From IMG/VR virus record IMGVR_UViG_3300023097_000005, positions 1-51,803 of that record: a DNA stretch of 51,803 nucleotides. The stretch is one strand, 5' to 3'. This document shows, piece by piece, positions 19,101 to 27,562 of the stretch (positions within the stretch are counted from its first letter, which is position 1; each line of letters opens with the position of its first letter). Source of the DNA: a virus. The translations under genes and the position numbers were made by a program. A model generated the notes under the pieces. It worked only from the letters and a program-made list of their open reading frames with translations, did no database searches and was not told where the DNA came from.

Positions 19101-20840
19101 GTCGAATATTTCCTTGCCGAACTTCGGACGACCAGCAATCTCACCCTGCAAATCGCGAATCGTCGCCTCGTAAGTCTGCGCGACCTTTTGGAGTTCCAGC
19201 GCCTCAGTCTCGGCATGCTGCCCGCGCTCCACTTGTGTCTGGAGTTCCTGAATCTTGGCCGCCTGCTCCTTGATCTTTCCACGCTCCGCCTCGGTCAGTG
19301 GTCGCTCGACTTTGGCACGAAGTTTACGCTCCATGGCTTCCAGCGTGAAATCCTCGCGGATCATGCGCTGATACAAGTGTCCGACACGTCCCCATGTGGA
19401 ACCGGCAGCGCGCTGGGCCTGATCGAGTCGATTAAGGTTCTCCTCGGCCTGCTGGATGCGCTCACGGGCAATCTCCACGTCTTCACCGCGTCCAAGGCGC
19501 TCCTCCCACTGGCTGCGCTCATTCATCACCCGTTGACGCTCGACCAGCAGGGTGGCGGCATCCTGTTCGGTGATGGCCCGCTCTCCCTTGTCCACAATAC
19601 GCGCGACCAGAGTTGGAGCCACCGCAGGATCGGCATCAATGCGATCCTCGGCAGACCGAACGAGTGTTTCTTCGCGCTGCCGTTCGACGGTTGGAATGGA
19701 TTCCTCTCCGCGTGTCAGGCGATCTATATCCACCGTGGCTCGTTTCAGACCCGTGGTTGCGCCTTGTGCCTGCATCTCCGAAGCCTCAACAGGCCCCATG
19801 GCACCTGGTCCGCCAGTATAATCCGGTGGAGTTTCAGGAGTCACCGCCGCCCGCGTAGGCTCTGTGGTGACTGGCGCGGGTAGCGGCTCCTGACTCTGGG
19901 GTTTTTCCACAGAAGGAGGTTCAGTTTTGGGAATGGATTCCTGAAGGATTTCCGGCGCGGTGCGGATAGCCTCGGCGGTGAGCGGAGCATCCGCTTGAAG
20001 CGCCTGATTGACAATAACATCCATGGAGCGAGGGATGGTGTTCCCCTGCGCGTCCATCGGCAGGCTGGGTGGACGCGTGCCTCCACCTGCACTGGGCCGA
20101 CTCGCTGCATGTTGACCGGCGAGCACGGCCATGCCGGTGTTTTCGATCAATCCAGTGATGGCCTGATCGCGTTCCTCGGGCGTGGCGGCATTCGCCACAT
20201 TGGAAATGGCTTCCGGAGTGTTCTTGATCGCCTGACCAGCGAAGATAGCCGCGACCAGTTTTTGAAGTCCCTTCGGCGCAGCACCAAGGCCCATTGTGGC
20301 GATGCCAAGTGGAGAAGTCAGTGAATTAACTGTATCGGCCACCACATTCTGACTAATGGCACCTACACGCTCGGTAATTGTCGGTTTACGGAAGGGTGAC
20401 ACCCCACGCTGCAAGGCTTCTTCATCCGACATGATGCGTTCAGGGGCCAACGGAGCGGCGTTGGGAATCACCTTAACGAGCGGCGTCATGGCGGCCTCCA
20501 TCTTGGTGATTGGAGTTTTCATCACCTGCTCGGCTTGCGCCGAATCGTACGCCGCTTTGGTGTCGTATGTCTGAGGACGTTGCGGAACTTCGCCAGTAAC
20601 GCCGATGGGCTGCGCCTTTTGGAGAAATGAACTTAGGTTTCCAAGGTCTTCAGGAACATCAGCAGCAATCGACCGATCACCGACCGATAATGGTTCCTGA
20701 ACGCCCATGCGGGCTGTTTCTTCCACGGAAACACCGCCCACTGGGGTTTCCACTGCTTCCGGTGGAGTCCACGAATTAGCCTCTGGCGGAGTCCATCCGC
20801 TGGTTGCCGTAGATGCTTCCGGTGGTGCCCATGCGGCCAT
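16152..20840 (-). CDS. Giant (1562 aa) coiled-coil virion/ejection-type protein
   Basis: Start refined to MAAWAPPEA (TAATG overlap with the upstream stop). Features: triple W[AT]PPEA repeat, ~900 aa of E/K/R/A coiled coil, and a conserved-looking C-terminal domain (HSQRAYTTFLNRLRADSF) with hydrophobic segments. Confidence 0.6.
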   Translation of the reverse strand: MAAWAPPEASTATSGWTPPEANSWTPPEAVETPVGGVSVEETARMGVQEPLSVGDRSIAADVPEDLGNLSSFLQKAQPIGVTGEVPQRPQTYDTKAAYDSAQAEQVMKTPITKMEAAMTPLVKVIPNAAPLAPERIMSDEEALQRGVSPFRKPTITERVGAISQNVVADTVNSLTSPLGIATMGLGAAPKGLQKLVAAIFAGQAIKNTPEAISNVANAATPEERDQAITGLIENTGMAVLAGQHAASRPSAGGGTRPPSLPMDAQGNTIPRSMDVIVNQALQADAPLTAEAIRTAPEILQESIPKTEPPSVEKPQSQEPLPAPVTTEPTRAAVTPETPPDYTGGPGAMGPVEASEMQAQGATTGLKRATVDIDRLTRGEESIPTVERQREETLVRSAEDRIDADPAVAPTLVARIVDKGERAITEQDAATLLVERQRVMNERSQWEERLGRGEDVEIARERIQQAEENLNRLDQAQRAAGSTWGRVGHLYQRMIREDFTLEAMERKLRAKVERPLTEAERGKIKEQAAKIQELQTQVERGQHAETEALELQKVAQTYEATIRDLQGEIAGRPKFGKEIFDIARGIVNRWKSEADAVDVNIRDFLGSETGAAGDVRPGGRKMGEAPTPKSEFIRNVALKMRAQIGEKGLNFAEASAEMIAAFGEKIKPYLQPAWEQAQALIGKEKTDLEVKKAIRKGAVKTNPAEAKPADVLARAATEAAEKKPISHQTVYDLARAHINAGIHGENAVMKAVHADLVKLYPELTERQVRQAFSQYGEVKFPSKEADKVELRELRTLVRLQESIDRETAGLEALKSGPQRDKATQAIREKQRQLNDLLKRRERPATPEQLATRDEARKTALRNQIEDLDKQLRTGEKPPAGTKPMDSVAIEQLKAERDAMRSKLREIEESEKVRPSPEQQRESVQIKSAEKSIAELDRRLREGELEAKAKPSPEVSARVQQLRSERDAMREQLRAMQDEAKTRLSPEDKQVADLAKIRDRLNETLSGAREQTKAKDFNPLSRAAADLKAEILAMQELAAQVRRDAKPPVDRIGRETAAKVKALEAAIAEYDRKISSKDFASASKGEKGESAVVKVLRDVRDARRKMYEAAKKADKPVRSAEEIYNDRRLKDVKRQMEAVQKRIAAGDYTRPEKPAPIPKTKEVKEAEFQLAQEKKKFNEGLFKADLEKRSAGRKAFDTTREVFNTARAIQTSADLSAVLRQGGFIAIGHPLRAAKAIPSMLKSFLSERGEHAVNSEILARPNAPKYAESKLYLHDPNDLRLSKMEEAYMSRWANKIPGVSHSQRAYTTFLNRLRADSFDAMTEAMGREPLPAEAQAIANFINVATGRGTLAQAGAAAVNLNTFLFSPRYLSSRFELLAGQPFYKGTAATRVAIAKEYARTLGGLAVIYTLGKLAGATIESDPKDSDFGKLKFGNTRVDLMMGLAQVTTFEARLGSVLSKFAKGEKIKPGEGDFLARFIRSKLAPVPASVIDAATGKDIVGQPVTRTSAATRLVKPLVIDDIVKTMEEQGIERGTAISLLIILGMSSQTYQRKGERPALIEPDEP

Positions 20841-21661
20841 TACTGTTTCGTCAGTTGCTGACCCTTCCACCAGAACTTTTCGCCCGGTTTCAAGGTGGCG
20901 TGAATCTCTGGCGTAATATCGGGCTGATTGGCGGCGGCATCACGTCCAGCCACAATGCCCGTCGCCGCACCGGCAACAGTAGTTGGGATGGCTGCTACGG
21001 GTTCAGGCTGAATGGGTTTGGTGGTCGTTTTGGTCGTGCCATCATCATACTTCACCGTGGTGCGCTCGGTGCCGAAATCGACAGGCTTTGCAGGCTCTGG
21101 TGCAGCCATGGTCACACCATCGACCACAACTTGCTTGGGTCGCATTCCTCCAGCGGCCTGAAGCGCACGCTGGCGGGCCGCCTCTTCCTCGGCCTGCTTG
21201 GCCGTGCGCTCAATCACCTTCTGGCGCAGTGGAAGATTATATCCCATCCACTCCTTGACGCCGGGATGTTCGGCGGCGTCTGGGTAGCCCGCGAGCATAT
21301 CCTGAAGTTGAGTATCGAACTCTGCGGCGGAAGGGTTCATGCCGCGCGCATCTTTCAGGAACCCCACGCCCTGCTTTGTCACCTCCAAGGTGCGATCCAA
21401 CTTGCGTTGCTCGGACAACATTTGCAGTTCGCGCTGTTGCTGCTCGATTTCGGCTTTCTGTTTTTGCAGAGCTAGGCTTTCCTGCGAAATAGCCAGCCGA
21501 CCCTCGGCATTGACCGCGCGTTGGGAGGCGGCCTCCGCACGACGCTGTGCTTCCGCTTCACGAAAGGCATCGCGTCCAGCCATCAGTTCATCGCGCTCCA
21601 CATTCTCTAGTCGGAGTCGATTTTCCTTTGCTCTATCTGGAAATTGAGTGCGTTCAGCCAT
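20840..21661 (-). CDS. Coiled-coil hypothetical protein (virion/ejection module)
   Basis: 273-aa ORF with a charged coiled-coil N-terminal half. Confidence 0.5.
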   Translation of the reverse strand: MAERTQFPDRAKENRLRLENVERDELMAGRDAFREAEAQRRAEAASQRAVNAEGRLAISQESLALQKQKAEIEQQQRELQMLSEQRKLDRTLEVTKQGVGFLKDARGMNPSAAEFDTQLQDMLAGYPDAAEHPGVKEWMGYNLPLRQKVIERTAKQAEEEAARQRALQAAGGMRPKQVVVDGVTMAAPEPAKPVDFGTERTTVKYDDGTTKTTTKPIQPEPVAAIPTTVAGAATGIVAGRDAAANQPDITPEIHATLKPGEKFWWKGQQLTKQ

Positions 21662-21664
21662 AGG

Positions 21665-22300
21665 TCAATATGCCGACCATCCAGAAGGCGAATTGTTGAA
21701 TTGAACAGGCGCAGGGCGGGAGGCATCCGGCGCGGAAGAGGCGTCGATACGGCCTGTTCTCCAAAACGACCGTCTCTGCTGGCTGATTACGGGAGCGGAA
21801 GAACTTCCTTCGCTCCAGCGTTGCTGGGCATTACCCGTTGGACGCTGCGTGATGCTGCGCTCACTCGCATCGGCCAACGCACTCTGAAACCATGCCGGAG
21901 TCGATGGGGTCGCGGTAGGTGCGGGCGGCCCTTGCCTGGGAGGCGGAGCATTGTTGAGCACCGGTTGCCAACGATTTGAGCCCAGAATGTTCATCGACGT
22001 ATCCGCCATGGCCTCATCACCGCCGTAGCGACCGGCGATGGACAGCGCATCCACGGCTGAAGGCGATTGCCAGCCACGCGGCACGGCTGGAGCAACGGGT
22101 GGAATATCCACCAGATTATACATCGCCCGATTGTTCGCCTGATACTGCTGTTCGCTGGCAGTCGGTGTCCCCCAGCGATTATGCTGGGCGGCATCGAAGT
22201 TGTTCGGCAGTTCAGGACGAACCAAGCGGGTTCCGGCATCGGTGGAGAACCTTGGTTGCCAGCGGCGCATATCGGATTTGTAGCGATCAGCGGCGGTCAT
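21665..22300 (-). CDS. Low-complexity Pro/Gln/Ser-rich hypothetical protein
   Basis: 211-aa ORF, ATGA-coupled to the upstream gene. Confidence 0.5.
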   Translation of the reverse strand: MTAADRYKSDMRRWQPRFSTDAGTRLVRPELPNNFDAAQHNRWGTPTASEQQYQANNRAMYNLVDIPPVAPAVPRGWQSPSAVDALSIAGRYGGDEAMADTSMNILGSNRWQPVLNNAPPPRQGPPAPTATPSTPAWFQSALADASERSITQRPTGNAQQRWSEGSSSAPVISQQRRSFWRTGRIDASSAPDASRPAPVQFNNSPSGWSAY

Positions 22301-23052
22301 ACGATATTGGTGATTCCAAGGGCGCAGGATGGATCGAGTTGGAGCACACCATTCTCATCGCCCATTTGATACTGTCCAAGGTCCGAATCCAGACGGGCGA
22401 AGGCTTGGCCCCATAGTTCCTGAGCGAGTCCCGTAGCGTTCGTGTCCATCGCTCGCATGGCGCGGGCTGAGATTTCCAAGGCCGTGTAACAATCGGGAAT
22501 GATTGGGGTTGAGGTATCGGTGGTGAAATTGTAGCGCAGACGCGCCAGACCAGTATAGGTGCGAGAATCGACGGTATCGGTATCTCCTGTCAGTTGATAT
22601 TGGCGTTGCCCGCTGCTGTTGTCCCCCAGATCAATGGCCGCACCGATGCAGCAGCGTTCCGGGTCAAACCAACCGGGGCCGCCCGTCTGGAACTGCCATT
22701 CCATCGGTTTGATGTCGTAAAACCATCCGCAACAACCGGGCGAAGTGATGGCAATGCGCTTTTCCACGCGCAGATAGGTTGCCGGAAGAGTAATAATCCC
22801 TAAAACGCTGGTCAGATCGACCGTTTTTCGGACTCCACGCCAAGAATCGGAGGTGTACCAAGTGTCCAGAATCTCGTTGATGCGCTGAACCTGCTGGGGG
22901 CTACTCATGGTGCCGTATTTGGTCAAGAACGGGTTCTGCTGGGAAGCAGTCAGACGCGTGATGGCTTGGGCGATAGTCAGCGGCACGCTGCGTTTATCCT
23001 TTTCTTTTTCACGAAACTCAAGTAAAAAAGCAAAATGCCACAAGAAGAGCAT
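22297..23052 (-). CDS. Hypothetical virion protein (first gene of the late leftward operon; start uncertain)
   Basis: ORF of 251 aa. Plausible starts are GTG 22986 or ATG 22908, because the 5-prime end overlaps the divergent plus-strand ORF and an AT-rich promoter-like tract. Confidence 0.5.
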   Translation of the reverse strand: MLFLWHFAFLLEFREKEKDKRSVPLTIAQAITRLTASQQNPFLTKYGTMSSPQQVQRINEILDTWYTSDSWRGVRKTVDLTSVLGIITLPATYLRVEKRIAITSPGCCGWFYDIKPMEWQFQTGGPGWFDPERCCIGAAIDLGDNSSGQRQYQLTGDTDTVDSRTYTGLARLRYNFTTDTSTPIIPDCYTALEISARAMRAMDTNATGLAQELWGQAFARLDSDLGQYQMGDENGVLQLDPSCALGITNIV

Positions 23053-25095
23053 CCGCCGCTGGGAGAAGCCTATGTGCTGGGCTTTGACATGAGCGACCGG
23101 AATTATCCGATCATCGCCCGCTCGGTTGATCCGAATGAAGATGGCTATGCGTTGCCCGCGCTCTTCGATGCCTGTCCGGAGCCTTGGTGTGCCTCCAATT
23201 TGTTCGTGGAAGTGCGTCCGACCAATTCAGACCAGCGGGTCTTGTGGATTTATCGCATCCTGCCCGGTCCCATCATTCAGTCCAGCGCGTGGGATCAGGA
23301 AAACCGGGTGCTGGTCTATTCCTTCTGGCGTTCCGCCCGCTACGACGCCACTCCACCCGCTGTGGCTTCAACCTACTCGACCGGCACGGTCATGCGGCAC
23401 AATTCCATCTCGTCGCTATCGGTCACTGATCCGGGCAACAACTACATTTCCATCCCGACCATCGCCATTGAGGTGAGTGAAGGCGGGGGAACCAATGCCA
23501 CCGCCACCGTGACGAGCCTGCAACTGGTCGAGGTTGTGATTTCCGTTCCGGGCAGTGGGTATGTGCAGGGCAACACGCTGACCGTTCCAGGTGGCACTTT
23601 CAGCGTGGCCGCAACTCTCACAGTTTCGCTCGTCGGCATCTCCACGCTGGCGGTCGATACGGCGGGCATTGATTACCTAACGAACGATTTCATCACTTTG
23701 GGCGGTGGCGTCTATTCGGGGCCGGCAACCGTGAGGGTGTCCTCGACGATACTAAGCATCATCACCGTCAACGCGGCGGGCACGGGGCAGGTTCCGGGGG
23801 CTACGCTGACGCTGGTCAATGGCTCCGCCACATGGACCGGAGCCAACACCGCGACCGTCACGTCAACCAAGGTCGTTAGCGCGACGGTGGCTACGCCGGG
23901 AAGCGGCGGCACCAACGGGGTGCAGACCGTTACTGGGACGACTGGCACCGGCACCAAGTTTACCGCGAGCGTAAATGTTGTGGGCGGAGCCATCGACTCG
24001 GTGATTTCCATTTTGACGGGCGGAATTTACACCGTGAATCCCGCCAGCCTCACGAATGCGCCAGTTTCTGGTCCCGGACCTCTTACGGGAGCCGAACTGA
24101 ATATTGTCATGGGGGCGAATGTTGTCACTCCAGACGGTATTGCGTCCTTTACGGTGGAGAAAGAGACCTTCACCAGCACAGGCGGCGGCAATGATGTGAC
24201 ACTGAACGGGGCGCGCTACGAGATTGCCACAGTGGAGGTGATTGGAGCCGGAAGCTATTCTACGGCAGCCGCCAATTACACGCAGGTTTCCACAACGGGC
24301 AGCGGCCTCGGGGCTGTTTTCAACGGTGCGACCTACATCATTACCGGCCTGACCGTGGCGAATCCGGGCGTCTATACGGTCATCCCGACTGGCTCCGTGA
24401 GCGTGACGGGAGGCAGCGGGACCGGCATGCAGGTTCTGCTTAATTTCGGCATCGGGGTGGTGGCGCTGACCAACGGCGGCACCGGCTATTACTCGGATTT
24501 CCCGACCATCACCCTGAGTTATGGGAACGGACAGATCACGGCGATCATGGATGCGCTCGCGCCGGTTACCGGGTTGACCGGATATGTGCGCTCGAACGCC
24601 ATGCAGGATACGGAGAATGAGTTCATCAAGCGCATGGCCTGGGAGATGAGTGCCATTCCTCCATTCCGCAAGAGCCAACCCTATTTCCCTTACGAATTTC
24701 CGGCCCTCTTCGTGGCCCTGACCAACGAGGCAGAAAGCGTGCCGAGCCCCGGCTATGACTACAACCTAACACCCCATCGTCGAGCGGTCTATCCGGGCCG
24801 GGAGACGATCAACTTCAGCATCGTCCAGCGAACCAATCTTCCGCGCGTCTTCCAGATGATTAGCCCGGCTGCGGCCAGTCGATTGTTCCCCATCCCGGCC
24901 AACACGGCCCATGGCACGTTCATCTGGGCACGAGTGGATGCCGATGGGGCGATTCGTTATCGAGAACGTTTTCAGGCCAGCACCCGCTACCAGCCCGGAG
25001 ACATCATCGTGGTTTTGGTGGAACAAAAACAGGTCTTTGGCTGTTTCTGGATGCAGCGAGTCATTTTCCTATCTGAATTGAGTCCGTTGTATTGA
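23035..25095 (+). CDS. Structural repeat protein (tail/adhesin-like) with iterated GxGY modules
   Basis: 686-aa ORF (alternative start ATG 23089). The central ~400 aa contain repeated units such as PGSGYVQGNTLTVPGG, AGIDYLTNDFITLGGG, GAGSYSTAAANY, NPGVYTVIPTGSVSVTGGSGTG and NGGTGYYSDFPTITL. Confidence 0.55.
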   Translation: MPQEEHPPLGEAYVLGFDMSDRNYPIIARSVDPNEDGYALPALFDACPEPWCASNLFVEVRPTNSDQRVLWIYRILPGPIIQSSAWDQENRVLVYSFWRSARYDATPPAVASTYSTGTVMRHNSISSLSVTDPGNNYISIPTIAIEVSEGGGTNATATVTSLQLVEVVISVPGSGYVQGNTLTVPGGTFSVAATLTVSLVGISTLAVDTAGIDYLTNDFITLGGGVYSGPATVRVSSTILSIITVNAAGTGQVPGATLTLVNGSATWTGANTATVTSTKVVSATVATPGSGGTNGVQTVTGTTGTGTKFTASVNVVGGAIDSVISILTGGIYTVNPASLTNAPVSGPGPLTGAELNIVMGANVVTPDGIASFTVEKETFTSTGGGNDVTLNGARYEIATVEVIGAGSYSTAAANYTQVSTTGSGLGAVFNGATYIITGLTVANPGVYTVIPTGSVSVTGGSGTGMQVLLNFGIGVVALTNGGTGYYSDFPTITLSYGNGQITAIMDALAPVTGLTGYVRSNAMQDTENEFIKRMAWEMSAIPPFRKSQPYFPYEFPALFVALTNEAESVPSPGYDYNLTPHRRAVYPGRETINFSIVQRTNLPRVFQMISPAAASRLFPIPANTAHGTFIWARVDADGAIRYRERFQASTRYQPGDIIVVLVEQKQVFGCFWMQRVIFLSELSPLY

Positions 25096-25099
25096 ATTT

Positions 25100-25360
25100 A
25101 TGGAAACGCTCGACGATCCCAATGATCAGCCAAACGACCGAATTGCCAAGTTGGAGCAAGAGGTTCGAGAATTGCAGAACCGTTTGGCTCGCATTGAGCA
25201 AGGCCAGCACCTGCAAGCTGGCAACGGCATCGTCATCAACGGTACCATGATTGCGCTCGCCACTCCGCAGCAGAATTGGCCGCTGCCCACGGGTCTGAAT
25301 CAAGTGTTGATGAGTCCCGATGGGTTCCCAACATGGGTTGATACCACGGAGTGCGGATGA
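25100..25360 (+). CDS. Small coiled-coil fibre-like protein
   Basis: 86 aa: RIAKLEQEVRELQNRLARIE followed by LQAGNGIVINGTMIAL. Confidence 0.5.
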   Translation: METLDDPNDQPNDRIAKLEQEVRELQNRLARIEQGQHLQAGNGIVINGTMIALATPQQNWPLPTGLNQVLMSPDGFPTWVDTTECG

Positions 25361-25827
25361 ACCTTTGGACACTCGATGGAAAACTGGTGGTGGATTCGGA
25401 CGGAAATCCACAACTTTGTTCCGTTTGCCCGTGCCAGGGTGATTGCTCGGAAAGCGCCAGTCTGGACCTTATTTTTAGCGGGGTGACGACCCTCGATAGC
25501 GGCTGCCAATTCAGTAACTTGAAGTTCACCAGTTGGGATTTGACGATGGTGACCGTCACCGGGACTTCACCCAATTGGTCAGCCTCAAATGTCGGTTCGT
25601 GGGCTGCGGATGTCTATAATAACGGCTGCGATCAGCCCAGCACGGGCACAGCCAGCGGCACCTTTGATGTGCTGGTTTCGTGCGAAACAGGGGTGTATTC
25701 GGTGCTGGTCACGATTGCCGGACGGCCCATCGAGTTCTTCAATGGTGCAGGCGTTTCGCCTATCGAAAACCAATCGGGTCAGGGCTATTTCGAGAACGGC
25801 CAAGTGACAATTGATGACACGCCGTGA
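25357..25827 (+). CDS. Hypothetical Cys-containing protein (putative distal tail component)
   Basis: ATGA-coupled start at 25357, 156 aa. Confidence 0.45.
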   Translation: MNLWTLDGKLVVDSDGNPQLCSVCPCQGDCSESASLDLIFSGVTTLDSGCQFSNLKFTSWDLTMVTVTGTSPNWSASNVGSWAADVYNNGCDQPSTGTASGTFDVLVSCETGVYSVLVTIAGRPIEFFNGAGVSPIENQSGQGYFENGQVTIDDTP

Positions 25828-25935
25828 GATTCGAGGATAGTCACCACTGCAAAAGTCGGCGGCACTGCCAAAGCTGCCGGTTGTTCCCCGCGTGGCGCGC
25901 GTCAGTTGGTGCGCCGGAGGACTGCCAGTGGGGTA

Positions 25936-26160
25936 TTACACTGGCGAATCTACCGCTGCCAACGGCTCGGGTAGTCGTGCGGAAGAAGGGCTGCCGAACG
26001 TGCGCCCCGCGTCTGGTCTGACTTGGCCCCGCAGGACGTTGAGCGCGTCTTCGTGGTCACGGATTTCCTGCTCGATTCGAGCCGTCTCCTGCTCGTCGCT
26101 TTGGCCGCATTTGCGCAGGGAGGACAGGGCTGCTTCGAGGGTGGTGATGGCGGTGTTCAT
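25936..26160 (-). CDS. Hypothetical protein
   Basis: 74-aa ORF, ATGA-coupled to 26157..26435. The C-terminal third may be run-on sequence. Confidence 0.4.
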   Translation of the reverse strand: MNTAITTLEAALSSLRKCGQSDEQETARIEQEIRDHEDALNVLRGQVRPDAGRTFGSPSSARLPEPLAAVDSPV

Positions 26161-26435
26161 AGAGTTGGTACTTTCCAGTCATCGCCCTCATCCTGCGGCG
26201 GTTGCTGGGTCTTGGAAATCTCGTTCGCAATCTCCTGCGCCTGATCGCGCCCAAGGAACTCGCGGGCCATGCCGGTACGCGCATACCAGTTGCCTGCGCC
26301 ACGATTCGCACACTTGGTCAGGCTGTCCTCATTCCACGAGACCATGATCTGCACAGCGTCGAACTGCTCGCCCAGTTGGGCGGCGTAGAGTTCGAGGAGT
26401 TTGTGCGCGTCTTCGCCGGTCATGCCGATTTCCAT
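26157..26435 (-). CDS. Hypothetical protein
   Basis: 92-aa ORF with an acidic C-terminus. Confidence 0.5.
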   Translation of the reverse strand: MEIGMTGEDAHKLLELYAAQLGEQFDAVQIMVSWNEDSLTKCANRGAGNWYARTGMAREFLGRDQAQEIANEISKTQQPPQDEGDDWKVPTL

Positions 26436-26719
26436 TCTTCACCCTGAGCAGAATCGACTTCTTCACACAGTCGATTAAAACAATCGCAGCACACTGGGTC
26501 TTTGAGTTGACCGTCCAGAGTGACGGAAATATATTCGTCGCCATTTCCGATTCCATCAGGAGGCAAGCCGAGGCTAGTGCATCTCCAGCAAGTCAGTGGG
26601 GCTGAATCGTTCAGGGCAGGCACGAATTCCAATTGCATAGCTGGTTCGTAGCGGGTTTTGGGTTGACGGTCAAGAAAAGGATTTGACATCCGGCAGCACT
26701 TCGTAAATACATCCAGCAT
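26420..26719 (-). CDS. Cys-rich hypothetical protein
   Basis: 99-aa ORF with CWRC...CCDC motifs. Confidence 0.5.
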   Translation of the reverse strand: MLDVFTKCCRMSNPFLDRQPKTRYEPAMQLEFVPALNDSAPLTCWRCTSLGLPPDGIGNGDEYISVTLDGQLKDPVCCDCFNRLCEEVDSAQGEEWKSA

Positions 26720-27525
26720 CTTACTTGGGGGCTAACGCTTCAGCCCCGCTGGGCCTTAAAACTCAGCGGGGCAAAAAGTAGGATAAACAGCAACCGCGCC
26801 CACAAGTAAGATTGAGAGCACAAGCGGGAGCCCGGCCCACCCGATGGTATCTAAGCGAGCAGCGAGCGCCTGACAGAGTGGGGAAGATGGGACAAGGCAG
26901 GGGGATGAACGATCCTGCCCTACACGCATTCCACAGCAGCCTCGGTCATCGGCTGCCGCTCAGGCCAGTCAAGCGCGCCACGAGCCGACACGACGCAATC
27001 AGGATCAGGCCCCTGCGTTCACGTCACAGACGACAACTCCGAACAGCCGGAGTATTCGACGACTATCACTTCAATAGTCGTCTGGTGGGTGCCGCGAGGT
27101 CTGGGTATGAACGAAATCATCTACGAAACACCCGACGAATACAGCGAAGAACCCGCCCTCGACATGCTGCTGGACCGCATGGAGCAACAGGAAGGCCCCG
27201 AGGACGAACCCGACCGGCGCGGATCAGGAACGGGACTGGGTTATAGCTGCCATAACTTGGATTTTCGTTGCGCTAGGGAAGGCTGCTATACGTATTCACG
27301 TTCCCGCGCAGCCTCCTCCCCACCCAGCTACGCCGTCACCCTCACGAAAAAGAATGCTTATGCCCGGCCTTGGCGCAGAAATGGCCCTAGGACTGCGTTT
27401 GATGGGCTGGCAATAGTAGGACAGCGATCACCTGTGTGGAATGCCATGCTTGTCCCATTTTGCATGACGTTGATTGTGTACTGTTACCACCGCACTTGTA
27501 CCAGCCTTGGTTCCACGCCTGCCCT

Positions 27526-27539
27526 GTACAGTACTGTAC
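27526..27539. promoter_or_regulatory. Perfect 14-bp palindrome GTACAGTACTGTAC (candidate protein-binding site)
   Basis: Read directly. It is flanked by TTCCAC (27511) and GTGGAA (27549) inverted arms. Confidence 0.3.
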
Positions 27540-27562
27540 GTGGATTGGTGGAACACCTGTGT

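Noticed and set aside
18171-19883. 570-aa plus-strand ORF, plus several other 80-220-aa ORFs inside 16152..20840.
   Set aside because: They are shadow ORFs antisense or out of frame to the 1562-aa gene. They are Leu/Arg/Gly-rich low-complexity translations with no coupling to neighbours.
23863-24678. 271-aa minus-strand ORF.
   Set aside because: It is antisense to the 686-aa repeat protein. The Arg/Gly/His-rich translation looks non-coding.
26743-26772. 9-bp GC hairpin considered as an intrinsic terminator.
   Set aside because: The T-run lies on the wrong side of the stem for either strand (hairpin then AAAAA on plus, TTTTT then hairpin on minus). It is kept only as part of the structured region.
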